Shown here in pieces: positions 63,261 through 64,000 of a DNA stretch of 64,000 nt. The stretch's first letter is position 1. Each line of letters begins with the position of its first letter. The position numbers and the translations under genes were made by a program. Location of the stretch: contig NC_045698.1 of the NCBI RefSeq assembly GCF_009834535.1, forward strand, positions 5,334,001 through 5,398,000, written 5' to 3'. The notes beneath the pieces were generated by a model. That model worked only from the letters and a program-made list of their open reading frames with translations. It was not told the origin of the DNA and searched no databases. The stretch comes from Camelus ferus. Taxonomy: Eukaryota.

Positions 63261-64000
63261 AATCCATAAACACAAAAATACAGGGAAAATGAGTAGTTCC
63301 ATTCACAAGTTATAGTGCGAATTTCTTACTGAAGATTTCCTAGAACATCCTTGTGTGGAGGGAGTTCTGTCAACTGTGGCAATTCTCTGTTCTATGAAGA
63401 AACTGACTTTCAGGAAAGGATGTGACTGTGTTTACTCTGCCAGCCTTAGGACTGGGTGTTTCAAGAGTGAGAGTCTACTTACTTGGGTTTATGAAAAGTT
63501 TCCTGTGATCAAATTGCATCTCTAAGCTTATTGTGAATATTTGTTCCCTGCCTGAGGAAAAAAAAAAATGTTTTAATCAGAATATTCTCCATTTCACATC
63601 TTAACAGCAAAACCACATTTTGTATCAAATGTTAGGTTTATTTCTGGACCCACCAGGCTTCAGACTTTTTTATACTTTATTATACTTTGCATAATCCTCC
63701 ATAATACTTCTATATTTCTTTTAACATAAAGTAAATGCCTTAAATATTTGCATAGATCTGTTGCTCCGAAAAGATTGTTTGTGCTGACAACGCATGGCCA
63801 CTTCTCCACTGGAGGGGGCCAGTATCAGGAAGGTGTGCGCCTTACCATGTAAACATTTCTTACCAATAAAAATACTTTTAGAAACACAATTGCAATGCAT
63901 TCTCTTCACCTAATTTAATTTTCATCGTTCGCCACACCATGAAACCCTCCTAATCTGTAGTCAAGCTCAGGGTAGTGGAGTTGCAAAAATACATAATTGC

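Larger units (their letters stand above)
1..64000 (+). other. ADCY2: Internal part of the adenylate cyclase type 2 gene (about intron 7 to intron 18); both gene ends lie outside the window
   Basis: Eleven GT-AG exons splice in frame into [19 protein letters not shown]...YSQVLFER, matching recalled mammalian AC2 (C1a end, C1b, M2). Confidence 0.97.

Noticed and set aside
63806..63825. CTCF-like motif CCACTGGAGGGGGCC
   Set aside because: The spacing does not fit the CCASYAGRKGGC core without a gap.
1..64000. Prokaryotic systems (CRISPR arrays, operons, defence islands)
   Set aside because: The window is a spliced mammalian gene with SINEs and LINEs. No regularly spaced repeats or dense coding were seen.

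Overview
This is mammalian genomic DNA, not prokaryotic. It is most likely camelid, judged from tRNA-Ala(AGC)-derived vic-1-like SINEs and cetartiodactyl-type L1 3' ends. The whole window lies inside ADCY2 (adenylate cyclase type 2) on the + strand. Eleven consecutive coding exons, numbered about 8-18 from recalled human structure, have GT-AG boundaries and join into one open frame. They cover the end of catalytic C1a, the C1b region with the PFAHL G-beta-gamma motif, and most of membrane cluster M2. The introns are mosaics of L1, L2, MIR, LTRs, MER20 and SINEs, and almost all ORF-track entries are spurious. The main unexpected observations are: (1) a ~1 kb Mutator-like (MULE) DNA transposon fossil at 15758-16770 with both TIRs, a candidate 9-bp TSD and a frameshifted transposase core; (2) a ~290 bp poly(A)-tailed, TSD-flanked insertion of unrecognised sequence at ~19386-19717; (3) a 5'-inverted (twin-primed) L1 with a TSD; (4) local AT-to-GC drift suggesting GC-biased gene conversion; (5) a 2-aa duplication in exon 17. 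Repeat family names and human comparisons come from memory, not from searches.
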